From an uncultured delta proteobacterium (GTDB lineage: Bacteria > Myxococcota > B64-G9), in the NCBI GenBank assembly GCA_963754925.1, contig CAVWHX010000004.1:704001-768000 (forward strand): a DNA stretch of 64,000 nucleotides. The letters run 5' to 3'. This document shows, one piece after another, positions 1-10,136 of the stretch (position 1 is its first letter; every line of letters begins with the position of its first letter). The translations under genes and the position numbers were made by a program. The notes under the pieces are model-generated. The model saw only the letters and a list, made by a program, of their open reading frames with translations. It had not been told where the DNA came from and ran no database searches.

Positions 1-1775
1 CGTGCGGATGCCGTAAGGTGTTCACCGCCATTCAACAAGAAATTGCGACGCAAAAACTTGAAAGCAGGCTGCGGATGCACCTCACCGGTTGTCAGCTCCT
101 GTGCGAGCGCGGCCCGCTGGTGATCGTTCACCCCCAAGGCCACTTTTACCAGCGCGTCAAACCCGAAGACGCCGCCGAGCTGTGCCAGTCGGCGCTCACG
201 GGAAAGGCAATCAGTCGACTGCAGTACATTGATCTCGCCGAGAAACATTACACCCGGCAGGACGAGGTACCTTTTTACCAGTCGCAGATGCGGTTGCTTA
301 CGCAATACAATGGGTTGCTTGACCCAACCCGAATCGAAGACTACATCGGGATCGGCGGGTATTCAGCGCTCGCTACGGTGCTCACCTCAATGAAGCCCGA
401 GCAGGTGGTTGCTGAAATAACCAAGAGCGGTCTGCGCGGTCGCGGCGGCGGCGGGTTCCCGGCCGGAGTCAAGTGGGAGAGTTGTCGCCAAGCACCGTCA
501 GAAGACGGCGTGCGGTACCTGATCGGCAATGGCGACGAGGGTGACCCAGGCGCCTTCATGGATCGGTCACTTATGGAAGACAACGCTCATATGATCATCG
601 AGGGTATGGTGATCGGGGCGTATGCCATCGGCACACCGGGAAAACCCGTTGGCTACCTCTACGTTCGCAACGAGTACCCGCTGGCGCTCGAACGCCTCGC
701 CAATGCCCTGCAGCAGGCCCGCGGATACGGGCTATTGGGCGAAAACATACTCGGCTCGGGACTCAACTTCGACATAACCATTAACCGCGGCGGCGGAGCG
801 TTCGTCTGCGGCGAATCGACAGCTCTGATGGCCTCGATCGAGGGCGCAGTGGGCGAACCGCGGGCCAAACACATCCACACCGTTGTGTCTGGTCTGTGGG
901 ACAAGCCGACGAACTTGAACAACGTCGAAACCTGGGCCAACGTGCCGCTCATTATCAACCGTGGCGTCGATTGGTTCACCAACATCGGTACCGGCGACGT
1001 CCGCACCGATCCCTGGGGCGGCAGCAAGGGCACCAAGATCTTCGCCCTGGTCGGTAAAGTCAATAACACCGGTCTGGTCGAGGTCCCGATGGGGGTCAGC
1101 CTGCGCACGATCATCTTTGATATCGGCGGCGGGATTCGCGACGGACAGAAGTTCAAAGCCGTTCAAACCGGCGGCCCCTCGGGCGGCTGCCTGCCCGAAT
1201 CTCTGCTTGACATGCAGGTCGATTTTGACCGGCTTACCGAAGTGGGCTCCATGATGGGCTCGGGCGGCATGATTGTCATGGATGAGCGCACCTGCATGGT
1301 GGACGTGGCGCGCTACTTCCTGCACTTTTTAGCCGATGAGTCGTGCGGCAAGTGTGTCACCTGCCGCGAAGGACTTGCACAGCTGTGCGCGATCGTCGAC
1401 CGCGTGTGCGCGGGCACCGCCCGTGAGGGCGACATTGCCCTAATGGAAGAGCTGTCCGAGACGGTGGCCGACGCATCGTTGTGCGCACTGGGTCAAACGG
1501 CGCCGAATCCCTTGCGCTCGACGTTGCGCTACTTCCGCGAGGAGTACGAAGAACACATCAATCAGAAAAAGTGCCGAGCGCGGGTGTGCAAAGGGCTTAT
1601 CCGTTTTTCGGTCGTTCCCGAAAAATGCATCGGTTGCCTGCTCTGCAAGCGCAAATGCCCAAGCCTGGCTATCTCCGGCGAGGCAAAGGAAGTGCATGTG
1701 ATCGATCAATCCAAGTGCATCAAGTGCGGCGTATGCGAGGAAGTCTGCCGTTACGACGCCATTGCGGTGGAATAA
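1..1775 (+). CDS. NADH/FMN-binding oxidoreductase subunit (NuoF/HydB/HoxF-like), 5'-partial
   Basis: GLRGRGGGGFPAG, NGDEGDPGAFMDR, GAFVCGE and SCGKCVTCREG motifs, plus C-terminal 2x[4Fe-4S] (CIGCLLC/CIKCGVC). Frame is open back to position 3 (CGCRKVF), so the start lies upstream of the window. Confidence 0.93.
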   Translation, partial: CGCRKVFTAIQQEIATQKLESRLRMHLTGCQLLCERGPLVIVHPQGHFYQRVKPEDAAELCQSALTGKAISRLQYIDLAEKHYTRQDEVPFYQSQMRLLTQYNGLLDPTRIEDYIGIGGYSALATVLTSMKPEQVVAEITKSGLRGRGGGGFPAGVKWESCRQAPSEDGVRYLIGNGDEGDPGAFMDRSLMEDNAHMIIEGMVIGAYAIGTPGKPVGYLYVRNEYPLALERLANALQQARGYGLLGENILGSGLNFDITINRGGGAFVCGESTALMASIEGAVGEPRAKHIHTVVSGLWDKPTNLNNVETWANVPLIINRGVDWFTNIGTGDVRTDPWGGSKGTKIFALVGKVNNTGLVEVPMGVSLRTIIFDIGGGIRDGQKFKAVQTGGPSGGCLPESLLDMQVDFDRLTEVGSMMGSGGMIVMDERTCMVDVARYFLHFLADESCGKCVTCREGLAQLCAIVDRVCAGTAREGDIALMEELSETVADASLCALGQTAPNPLRSTLRYFREEYEEHINQKKCRARVCKGLIRFSVVPEKCIGCLLCKRKCPSLAISGEAKEVHVIDQSKCIKCGVCEEVCRYDAIAVE

Positions 1776-1789
1776 AGGAGATTACATCA

Positions 1790-2536
1790 ATGCACGAGCA
1801 CGAGGCTATTCAAAAAGATCAAAAAGTAACCTTCAAAATCCAAGGCCGCACCTACGAAGGTTACTATGAGGAGAGTTTGCTCGGAGCGTTACGCCGCTAT
1901 GGCTACGAGGTGCCATCGCTGTGCTATCATGAAGCCGTTAGTGCATACGGGGCATGCCGGCTTTGTCTGGTCGAGGTTGGCAAGGGCCGCAAACGCAGGC
2001 TTACCACGTCGTGCAACTACCCCGTCCTGCCCGGAATAGAAGTATTTCTCGATACCGATAAGGTTATTCGGAACCGCAAGACAGTGCTCAGGCTCTTACT
2101 CGCCATGGCGCCGGCGGCTGAAGAAATCCATGAGCTTGCAGCCGAGTACGGCGTAACCGACACCCCCTTTGTACAAGATACGGGCAAAGAATGCATTTTG
2201 TGCGGTCTGTGCAACCGCGTCTGCGACGAGGTGGTGGGTGCAAAAGCTATCGGATTTTCCGGCCGCGGACTTATTAAAGACATGAACTCGCCCTTTGATG
2301 AAGTAGCTGAAGCCTGCATCGGTTGTGGTGCTTGCGTGCAGGTCTGCCCAACCAATTGCATTGGAATAAAAGAAGAAAACAATATCCGCAGTATTATCAA
2401 ATGGCACCGCGATCTCCCGATGAAGTCGTGCAAAAAGTGCGGCCGCGCTTTTGCCCCAACGTTCCAACTCAACTACTTCGCCACCCTCACCAAGCTCGAT
2501 CGTGACTTTTTCGATGTGTGCCAAGACTGTCGGTGA
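1790..2536 (+). CDS. 2Fe-2S / 2x[4Fe-4S] iron-sulfur subunit (HoxU/NuoG N-terminal-like, no catalytic domain)
   Basis: AAGGAG RBS before ATG 1790; PSLCY..GACRLCLVE..TSC, CILCGLC and CIGCGAC motifs; terminal CxxC...CxxC. Confidence 0.9.
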   Translation: MHEHEAIQKDQKVTFKIQGRTYEGYYEESLLGALRRYGYEVPSLCYHEAVSAYGACRLCLVEVGKGRKRRLTTSCNYPVLPGIEVFLDTDKVIRNRKTVLRLLLAMAPAAEEIHELAAEYGVTDTPFVQDTGKECILCGLCNRVCDEVVGAKAIGFSGRGLIKDMNSPFDEVAEACIGCGACVQVCPTNCIGIKEENNIRSIIKWHRDLPMKSCKKCGRAFAPTFQLNYFATLTKLDRDFFDVCQDCR

Positions 2537-2785
2537 CCACGGTATTTTATTATTTGCTTGTTGAAAGATTAATGTTGTATAATGGGCAGTTGACGTTTAT
2601 GTTACTGAGAAATAGATTTCGCATATTTCTCATTAATGCGAACTGGTGTGCGCAATTGATTGATCTTTAAAGGTAACTTACCTTTGTCACAACGCGCAGA
2701 GATCGAATGGTTTTCTGAAATTGATTGACTTCGTGCTGCTGTGGCATAATGGTTGCTGTAATGGCCTCAATGGAGGAGGCACTGA

Positions 2786-3562
2786 GTGAAGAAACCGCCG
2801 CCGATATTATTTGTTCTCCCGAACATTTTTACCGTATCAAGCATATTCTGCGGGTTCTACGCAATCGTTATAGCCCTCAGCGGCACGGCAGCGGATCGCT
2901 TTTATGGCGCAGCGGTAGCGATCCTCTTTGGCGTCCTCTTCGATGCCGCCGATGGTAGAGTGGCCCGCATGACTAAAACCCAAAGCGATTTCGGCATGCA
3001 ACTTGACTCGCTTGCCGATGTCATTACCTTTGGTTTGGCGCCGGCCGTGGTGGCGTATCTGTGGTCGTTAGCGCAATATGGCATCATCGGGCTGGTGGCG
3101 GCTTTCCTCTATGTTGCGTGCGGTGCAATCCGCCTCGCGCGTTTTAACCTTATGGCGGCTGATCCGTCAGCGTCATCTAAATTCTTTCTCGGATTGCCTA
3201 TTCCGCTCGCGGCCTCGACCCTGATGTCTTTGGTCATGATGCACTATCGTAACACCGGCGGCGAGCTTGTCTCACCGCCATTGATATTGGCGGTGGTCCT
3301 TATGCTCGCGGCGCTGATGGTCAGCCGGGTTCACTATCGAACCTTCAAGCGCGTTAAGAATCCACGATTGATCCTCCCGCTGGTTGTCGTCATGGCCTGT
3401 CTGTTGGTGGTAGCCGCGATCAAGACCAGCTTCAGCCTGATCTTCGCCTTGGCAAGCGCAGCATTTTTAATCTATGGCCTCATCGAAGAGATCGTCCGGT
3501 TAATTCGCAAGCGTGTGCTGCTATCCCGCAAGCACGAGGAAGAGGAAGACGAAGTATATTAG
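2786..3562 (+). CDS. pssA: CDP-diacylglycerol--serine O-phosphatidyltransferase
   Basis: LPNIFT, DAADGRVAR..SDFGMQLDSLAD (CDP-alcohol phosphotransferase motif), RLARFN, FLGLPIP; GGAGG RBS before GTG. Confidence 0.93.
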   Translation: MKKPPPILFVLPNIFTVSSIFCGFYAIVIALSGTAADRFYGAAVAILFGVLFDAADGRVARMTKTQSDFGMQLDSLADVITFGLAPAVVAYLWSLAQYGIIGLVAAFLYVACGAIRLARFNLMAADPSASSKFFLGLPIPLAASTLMSLVMMHYRNTGGELVSPPLILAVVLMLAALMVSRVHYRTFKRVKNPRLILPLVVVMACLLVVAAIKTSFSLIFALASAAFLIYGLIEEIVRLIRKRVLLSRKHEEEEDEVY

Positions 3563-3807
3563 AGACTGTTAGCGAACGAAGTGAGCGTTACAGTCTCTTA
3601 TCCCTGGAGCGAAGCGACAGGGGTTAGAGATAGTGCGAACGAAGTGAGCGTTACAGTCTCTTATCCCTGGAGCGAAGCGACAGGGGTTAGAGATAGTGCG
3701 AACGAAGTGAGTTAGAGTCTCTTATCCCCGAAGGGGGTTAGAGCTTTTGCGAACGAAGTGAGCGTTATAAGAGACCGTTACGAGCAAAGCGAGTTACGGA
3801 CTCTTAT
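3559..3807 (+). repeat. Intergenic array of 63-bp tandem repeats / REP-like hairpins
   Basis: GCGAACGAAGTGAG at 3572, 3635, 3698 and 3749; two identical 63-bp units followed by degenerate units; lies between convergent genes. Confidence 0.9.
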
Positions 3808-4603
3808 CCTCCGGACAGTTTCTTATCCCCTCACGACCTATATCACCGACATCCGAAGTGGCACGATCGAGCGACAGGGCAACGGTGCTGCCCTGGTTCG
3901 CCTGGCTTTCAACCGCCAGTCCGCCGCCCATGAGGTGAGCCGCCTCGCGCGCAAGCGCCAACCCCAAACCGATAGCTTGATAGGAGCGATCGAGTGGGCT
4001 CGCCATGGGCGCCAGTGAAACAGACAGGCGGGCGATCTCTTCCGGCCGTATGCCAATACCGGTATCCGCAACAGCAAAACGCACCCGAACGCGATCTCCC
4101 GCGAGCGGCTGGCTCTCAACCGAAAGCCGAATCGAACCCTGGCGGGTGAACTTCAACGCATTTGAGAGCAGCTGTTTCAAGACGCGGGAGAGCAACGGGG
4201 CGTCGACCCGCAGACGGCCGGGCGCGCTATCGAGATTCACCTCGAGCCGCACACCGTGGTCGGAAGCCTGCTGAGCAAACGGCGCGACCACTTGCTGCAC
4301 CAGCTCGGCCACAACGCACCAATCTGGATTGGCTTTAATTTTGCCGCTCTCCATACGGTATAAATCGAGTAAATTGTCGATGCGCTCGAGAAGGGCGCGG
4401 GCGCTACTGTAGATAAGGTTCAACTGGCGCAGGCACTCGGCATCAAGACCGGGCGTGTCCTGGAGCAACAGGCTCGAAAATCCAATGATACCATTGAGTG
4501 GGGTTTTGAGATCGTGGCTGACCGTGGCAAAGAACTCAGCTCGTTTTTGATCGCGTTCGCGCACCTGCTGCGCTACGTCCTGATCCTCTTTTCGACCGTT
4601 CAT
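3794..4603 (-). CDS. Histidine kinase (HisKA + HATPase_c), no sensor domain
   Basis: H-box SHDLKTPLNGI, N-box LLSNALKFT, G1 DTGIGI, G2 GLGLA. Confidence 0.9.
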   Translation of the reverse strand: MNGRKEDQDVAQQVRERDQKRAEFFATVSHDLKTPLNGIIGFSSLLLQDTPGLDAECLRQLNLIYSSARALLERIDNLLDLYRMESGKIKANPDWCVVAELVQQVVAPFAQQASDHGVRLEVNLDSAPGRLRVDAPLLSRVLKQLLSNALKFTRQGSIRLSVESQPLAGDRVRVRFAVADTGIGIRPEEIARLSVSLAPMASPLDRSYQAIGLGLALAREAAHLMGGGLAVESQANQGSTVALSLDRATSDVGDIGREGIRNCPEDKSP

Positions 4604-4648
4604 GACTGCTCCCTTCCGACTGCGTCCGAAGCATTTCCGAGCATTCGG

Positions 4649-5305
4649 TTACGAAGCTGACTGTTGTTTGCGCTTTCGTCGTTGCCAAAAAAATAGCACA
4701 CCACCCAGCACGACACCTATGACAATCCAGGCCGCCAGCGTATAGGTGCTCATGAGGCTTCGCAGCCGTTCCCAGTTTGACCCTACCGCATAGCCGGCTC
4801 CCAGGATCAGGCTGTTCCATATCACCGCAGACACGGTCGCCCAAAGCAACACCAGCCACAAGCGCATTCGCGAGGCGCCGGCTACGACAAAGAAAAATGC
4901 TCGAATTCCGGGGAGAAAACGGTTTATAGCGATATAGATCGAGCCATGCCGCTTGAAACGGTCGGTCACCAATTCGTACTTTTCGCGCGTCAAGATGGTC
5001 CAGCGCTTTACCTGTTTTTCGGACGGCAAGCGGTCGAGTCGCCGTCCGAGCCACATGCCGATTCCGTAGTCCGCCGCCGCGCCAACGAGGGAGCCCGTTG
5101 TCGCCAGAACGAGGGCAAACGGAAAACTCCACAATCCCTTCACAACCAGATAGGTGCCAAAGAGTGTAATCACGTCCCCCGGAAAGGGCGGAAAGACATA
5201 CTCGATAAACGACGAGAGAAACAACACCACCGCGCCAATGCCGTGGTGATGTTCGGCCACCAGATCGAGCAGTTGTTGTATCAAGGCTGATGATTCGCTG
5301 ACCAT
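4649..5305 (-). CDS. DedA family membrane protein
   Basis: EYVFPPFPGD and NRFLPGIR motifs; transmembrane helices. Confidence 0.9.
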   Translation of the reverse strand: MVSESSALIQQLLDLVAEHHHGIGAVVLFLSSFIEYVFPPFPGDVITLFGTYLVVKGLWSFPFALVLATTGSLVGAAADYGIGMWLGRRLDRLPSEKQVKRWTILTREKYELVTDRFKRHGSIYIAINRFLPGIRAFFFVVAGASRMRLWLVLLWATVSAVIWNSLILGAGYAVGSNWERLRSLMSTYTLAAWIVIGVVLGGVLFFWQRRKRKQQSAS

Positions 5306-5348
5306 GGGATACCGTAGGGGGTTGGGAGGTATTGATTACCGTACAGCG

Positions 5349-5774
5349 CTACTTTTCTTTGACTACACAGAGCTTCTGCAGGACTCCCTGTTCAGAGCCG
5401 CTGAATATCGGTTGCTCCTGGCACCGTGGCATTGCAGAGGGGCAATCGGCATCGGTCGTGCAAAGTTTATGACAACGCTTATCCCCATAAGCGCTGCACT
5501 GATCCTTGTTGTCGGCTTTGCAGAAATAGGAGTCCCAGCACAGGAAGCCGTCCTCGCAGTCGTCTTGTTCTCGGCTGCACTCCCCTTTAACCTCCTGAGA
5601 TTTGCTGTACTCCTTGGCCATCTCGGCCTGGTAGCGTTTTTCCTCCTCGGCGGCCGCCCGAGCGCTTTCGAGAAGCTTGGCGTCATAGGCGCTCACCGGT
5701 TCCTTTTTTGGACAGCCCGCCAGCGCAAGCCCTACTAACCCCATCACGACCACCTGCGTCAATACTCGCCTCAT
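5349..5774 (-). CDS. Hypothetical Cys-rich lipoprotein
   Basis: Lipobox LAGC after a hydrophobic leader; AGGAGG RBS; Cys-rich C-terminal half. Confidence 0.75.
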   Translation of the reverse strand: MRRVLTQVVVMGLVGLALAGCPKKEPVSAYDAKLLESARAAAEEEKRYQAEMAKEYSKSQEVKGECSREQDDCEDGFLCWDSYFCKADNKDQCSAYGDKRCHKLCTTDADCPSAMPRCQEQPIFSGSEQGVLQKLCVVKEK

Positions 5775-5963
5775 CTTTGAAAACCTCCTTTGTGCTCACC
5801 CGCCAGTGACCTCAGCATGCCAGATCAAGACACAACTATCAAACCAGAAAACGAAAAGCTATCTGGTCGAGTCGACGTATCTCCATTTCGCTTAGTATAC
5901 AACTATAGATAAAAATGATCCTGTAGACTATACTTAATCATCGGGAGGCTTCAGAGCACGGTC

Positions 5964-7154
5964 ATGTACGGGAACGTCGGCGAAGAGATCCAGAAGCAGA
6001 TCAACGAGATACGGAGCGCTGGTCTCTATAAGGAAGAGCGCGCGATCCTTACTCCCCAGGGGGCCGAGATCAAGGTCTCGTCCGGGAAGGCGGTGCTCAA
6101 TTTTTGCGCCAATAATTATCTCGGGTTGTCCGATCATCCTGCGGTGATCGCCGCGGCAAAGGCTGGTCTCGAAACGTACGGCTATGGCATGAGCTCGGTC
6201 CGCTTTATTTGCGGCACCCAAGACCTGCACAAAAATCTTGAACGAATCATTTCCTCGTTCCTTACCACCGAAGACACCATCCTCTATTCCTCATGTTTTG
6301 ACGCTAATGGCGGTCTCTTCGAAACACTCTTGGGGTCTGAGGATGTGATTATCTCGGATGAACTCAATCACGCCAGCATCATCGACGGGATACGACTGTC
6401 CAAGGCCGATCGCCGCCGTTATAAAAATACCGATATGTCTGAGTTGGAAGAGCACCTCAAGGCCACCCAGGACCGGCGGCGGCGGCTGATTGCGACGGAT
6501 GGCGTTTTCAGCATGGACGGCACCTTCACCCCGCTCGACCGGATCTGCGATCTGGCCGATCAGTACCACGCCTTGGTGATGGTGGACGATTCACACGCTA
6601 CGGGGTTTATCGGGAAGCACGGACGCGGCACCCCCGAATATTACGGTGTCGAAGGCCGTGTTGACATTCTTACCTCCACTATGGGCAAAGCTTTGGGCGG
6701 CGCGTCCGGCGGTTTCACCACCGGTCGGAAGGAGATAATCGAGCTCCTGCGGCAACGTTCCCGACCGTATTTGTTTTCGAATTCTCTGCCGCCGGTCGTG
6801 GCCGCCGCGGCCATGGCCGCGATCAATTTGATATCAACGAGCACCGAACTTCGCGACCGACTTGAAGCCAATACCAAGCTCTTCCGCGATCAAATGACGG
6901 CGGCCGGTTTTAACATCAAGCCAGGCATCCATCCGATTACGCCGATCATGCTGGGCGATGCTGTGCTCGCCGCCAACATGGCTCGCGATCTTCTGGACGA
7001 GGGGATCTATGTGGTTGGTTTCAGCTACCCGGTCGTTCCTCAGAGTATGGCCCGCATCCGGGTGCAACTCTCCGCCGCCCACACCAAAGAACAGATTGAA
7101 CAAGCCGTGGCCGCGTTTATCAAGATCGGGAAAAAGTATACCGTAATCGATTAA
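5964..7154 (+). CDS. kbl: Glycine C-acetyltransferase (2-amino-3-ketobutyrate CoA ligase)
   Basis: [28 protein letters not shown] lysine in [17 protein letters not shown]. Confidence 0.95.
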   Translation: MYGNVGEEIQKQINEIRSAGLYKEERAILTPQGAEIKVSSGKAVLNFCANNYLGLSDHPAVIAAAKAGLETYGYGMSSVRFICGTQDLHKNLERIISSFLTTEDTILYSSCFDANGGLFETLLGSEDVIISDELNHASIIDGIRLSKADRRRYKNTDMSELEEHLKATQDRRRRLIATDGVFSMDGTFTPLDRICDLADQYHALVMVDDSHATGFIGKHGRGTPEYYGVEGRVDILTSTMGKALGGASGGFTTGRKEIIELLRQRSRPYLFSNSLPPVVAAAAMAAINLISTSTELRDRLEANTKLFRDQMTAAGFNIKPGIHPITPIMLGDAVLAANMARDLLDEGIYVVGFSYPVVPQSMARIRVQLSAAHTKEQIEQAVAAFIKIGKKYTVID

Positions 7155-7226
7155 CTGAACATTCGGGTCTTATTGATGCATCTTAATTGACAGCCCTGGC
7201 TCGCGTGTGGCACATTCGCTGCCGCT

Positions 7227-9995
7227 TTGTTGAAATTAACTTTCATACGGCTGTGGTGGTTCGCCGGGTACCTTACGTTGGCAGGATTTTTCCTCGGGTG
7301 CGCTGCCTCCAATACGATTACCACGGCTGAGGCGAACAACGTCGCGTCAAGCCAGAATGGCGGTAAGGTTGGTGAGACGACCGCGGTTTCCGAGGAGGGC
7401 TCCGTGCAGGTCGAACAAATCGGCCCTATAACCAGGGCAAAATTCAAAAACGGCCTGACTGCGGTATTTCTTGAGAAACACAGTGCCCCGGTGGTGGCAA
7501 TCCAGGTTTGGGTGGATGCCGGCTCAGCCTACGACAAGCCCGGTCAGGAGGGTATCGCCCACCTGCACGAACACATGCTCTTCAAAGGCACCAAGAAGCG
7601 GGCGCTGGGGGAAATCGCCCAGGCGATAGAAGGAGCGGGCGGCGATATCAACGCCTGGACCTCCTACGACCACACGGTCTATGAAGTGGTCGTGGCGGCG
7701 CGCTACTTCGATCTCGGTCTTGAAGTGCTCGCCGATGCCCTGCAGAACACGACGTTTGCCCCCGACGAACTTGAGCGCGAGAAGAAAGTGGTGATCGAGG
7801 AGATCAAACGCAACCGCGATCAGCCTGGACGCTGGGCGAGCGACCTGCTCTTCTCATTAGCGTTCCGAAAACATCCCTACCGTCAACCGATTCTGGGTAC
7901 GATGGAGTCGGTGCAAGCAGTCGACCAGACCGCGATCCTGCAGTTCTTCAAGACCTATTACCGCCCCGAGCATATGACGTTGTTAATGGTCGGCGACTTC
8001 GATCGTCAGAGCAGCCTCAAACGCATTCAGCGCCTGTTCCACCGTCAGCCGCAGGCGGCCGAGCCCCCCGTGGCGCGTCCCAGCGAGGGTAATCAACGCA
8101 AACTTCGGCTCCAAATAGTTCGCGACGATATCCAAGAGGCCCATTTCAACCTCGGTTGGCATATCCCCAATCTTCAACACGCCGACTCACCGGCGCTGGA
8201 CGTCCTGGCCACCCTGCTCGGCCAGGGTGAAAGCGCCCGGCTCAATTTGGAAGTTCGACGCCGCCTTGGGTTGGTCAACGATGTATACGCCTATGCCTAT
8301 TCGGCCCGCGATCCTGGCCTCTTTGTGGTGGGCGGCTCCTGTCCGCCCGACAAAACCCAGGCCGCCATGCAGCAGCTTATGGTGGAGGCTTCCCGACTCG
8401 CTGCCACGCCCGTCAGCGCGTCTGAACTCGCCAAGGTCAAGACCATGATCGAAAGCGACGCGCTGTACCAGCGCGAGACGGTCGAGGGGCTTGCCCGGCG
8501 GTTGGGTTTCGATCAGACGCTTCTGAACGACCCAAACTATGCAGATACCTATCTCAACCGGGTGCTTGCCATAACGCCAGCCGACATCCGGCGCGTCGCC
8601 GCAACCTATTTGATTCCGGAGAATCTTTCGCTCGTCCTCGTGATGCCAAAAAGCCAGGTCCCCGACCTGACCGAAGACACGCTCGGCGCCGCCATTACCG
8701 CCGCGGCGGTGGCAACGCCAACGCCCGAAACCGAACCGCCAAAAAGTTCCCTGGGTTTTACCAGGATGAAAATCAAGAATGGGCCGGTGTTGCTGATCCA
8801 GGAAGATCACACCAATCCCTTGGTTGCGGTGCGGGCGGCTTTCTTAGGTGGTTCGCGTTACGAGTCATCCGAGAATAACGGGATCAATAATTTCTTGGCC
8901 GGCATGCTTACCCGCGGCACCCAGAACCGTTCCGCCGCCGATGTTGCGCGTGAGATTGATGCCATCGCGGGCGGCTTCGAGGGCTTTTCCGGGAGGAACT
9001 CCTTTGGGCTGCGCGCCGAATTCCCTTCGCGCTACCTCGAGCGCGGACTGAGCTTGTTCGCTGATTGCCTGCTTCACCCAACCTTCCTCGAAAGCGAGAT
9101 CAAGCGTGAGCGCGAGCTGGTTCTGGAGGAAATTCGCGCCCGCGATGATAACCTGTCCGGGCTGGCTTTCGATCTGTTCGCCGCAACGCTATACCCCAAT
9201 CATCCCTATCGGCTGCCCCCGATGGGAACCCGGCAAAGTGTCGCCGCCTTGAAGCGCACCCAGCTCACGGAGTACCGTACGCAGTACTATACCCCCGATC
9301 GCATGGTTCTGGCGATTACCGGCGACGTCGAGCCGCAGCGAGTGTCTGAGGAGGTACGGGCGCTTTTCAGTGAACCGGCCGCGCCCGAGGACAAACCCGC
9401 ACCGCCGCCTTCGGTCGCGCCCGACACACCCCCAGATAAACCGCGCACGGTCGAGAAGTACCGCAACCGAGCTCAGGCTCACTTTGTGCTTGGCTTTCTC
9501 GGAACCACCCTCGTGAACGAAGACCGCTTCCCGCTTGAGGTGCTCATGGCGATTCTCGCCGGCCAAGGAGGGCGGTTATTTGTCGAGTTGCGCGATCGTC
9601 TGGCTCTCGCGTACGCGGTTACCGGTTTTTCCCTCGAGGGAATTGAGCCCGGATACGTCGCCGTCTACCTGGGAGTAGATCCCAAGCGGTTGGATGAAGC
9701 CATCGCTGCAACCACGGATCAGCTCCGTAAAATAATTGCGGAGCCGATCGCCAGCGCGGAGATTGAGCGCGCCCAACGGTACCTGGTCGGCAATCAGGCC
9801 ATCTCGCTCCAGCGCCTGTCGGCCCGGGCCGGCGTTATGGCTTTCGATGAGCTCTACGGCCTTGGGTACCTGGCGCACCGCGAGTACGCAGGCAAGATCC
9901 TCGCCGTCACCGCTGCAGACGTCTCAAGGGTGGCCCGGAAATACCTGACAATCGAGCGCCCGACCCTTGCCATTATCCGTCCCAAGGCGCCCTAA
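7227..9995 (+). CDS. M16 family (pitrilysin-like) zinc peptidase; alternative start GTG 7404
   Basis: Inverted zincin HLHEH (HxxEH), NAWTSYD; two tandem M16 N/C halves. Confidence 0.92.
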   Translation: MLKLTFIRLWWFAGYLTLAGFFLGCAASNTITTAEANNVASSQNGGKVGETTAVSEEGSVQVEQIGPITRAKFKNGLTAVFLEKHSAPVVAIQVWVDAGSAYDKPGQEGIAHLHEHMLFKGTKKRALGEIAQAIEGAGGDINAWTSYDHTVYEVVVAARYFDLGLEVLADALQNTTFAPDELEREKKVVIEEIKRNRDQPGRWASDLLFSLAFRKHPYRQPILGTMESVQAVDQTAILQFFKTYYRPEHMTLLMVGDFDRQSSLKRIQRLFHRQPQAAEPPVARPSEGNQRKLRLQIVRDDIQEAHFNLGWHIPNLQHADSPALDVLATLLGQGESARLNLEVRRRLGLVNDVYAYAYSARDPGLFVVGGSCPPDKTQAAMQQLMVEASRLAATPVSASELAKVKTMIESDALYQRETVEGLARRLGFDQTLLNDPNYADTYLNRVLAITPADIRRVAATYLIPENLSLVLVMPKSQVPDLTEDTLGAAITAAAVATPTPETEPPKSSLGFTRMKIKNGPVLLIQEDHTNPLVAVRAAFLGGSRYESSENNGINNFLAGMLTRGTQNRSAADVAREIDAIAGGFEGFSGRNSFGLRAEFPSRYLERGLSLFADCLLHPTFLESEIKRERELVLEEIRARDDNLSGLAFDLFAATLYPNHPYRLPPMGTRQSVAALKRTQLTEYRTQYYTPDRMVLAITGDVEPQRVSEEVRALFSEPAAPEDKPAPPPSVAPDTPPDKPRTVEKYRNRAQAHFVLGFLGTTLVNEDRFPLEVLMAILAGQGGRLFVELRDRLALAYAVTGFSLEGIEPGYVAVYLGVDPKRLDEAIAATTDQLRKIIAEPIASAEIERAQRYLVGNQAISLQRLSARAGVMAFDELYGLGYLAHREYAGKILAVTAADVSRVARKYLTIERPTLAIIRPKAP

Positions 9996-10136
9996 CCCCG
10001 AGGTCAGGCATCGTTGCATGAATGCGTACAATGCCTGCGCATACGCGCCATTGCGACGACCGGATCTCCTGGGTTAAACTCTTGCCACTATAAACGGTGG
10101 TGGTGTACCGTTATCTATAGAAAAGGGTGAGAGGTC

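Noticed and set aside
1481..1789. N-terminal extension of the Fe-S subunit ORF
   Set aside because: Overlaps the upstream gene out of frame; the RBS supports ATG 1790.
3572..3763. CRISPR array
   Set aside because: The segments between the repeated 14-mers are themselves identical or related, so there are no unique spacers, and there are no cas genes in the window.
10000..10136. CIRCE/HrcA operator upstream of grpE
   Set aside because: No TTAGCACTC-N9-GAGTGCTAA seen here or before dnaK or clpB.
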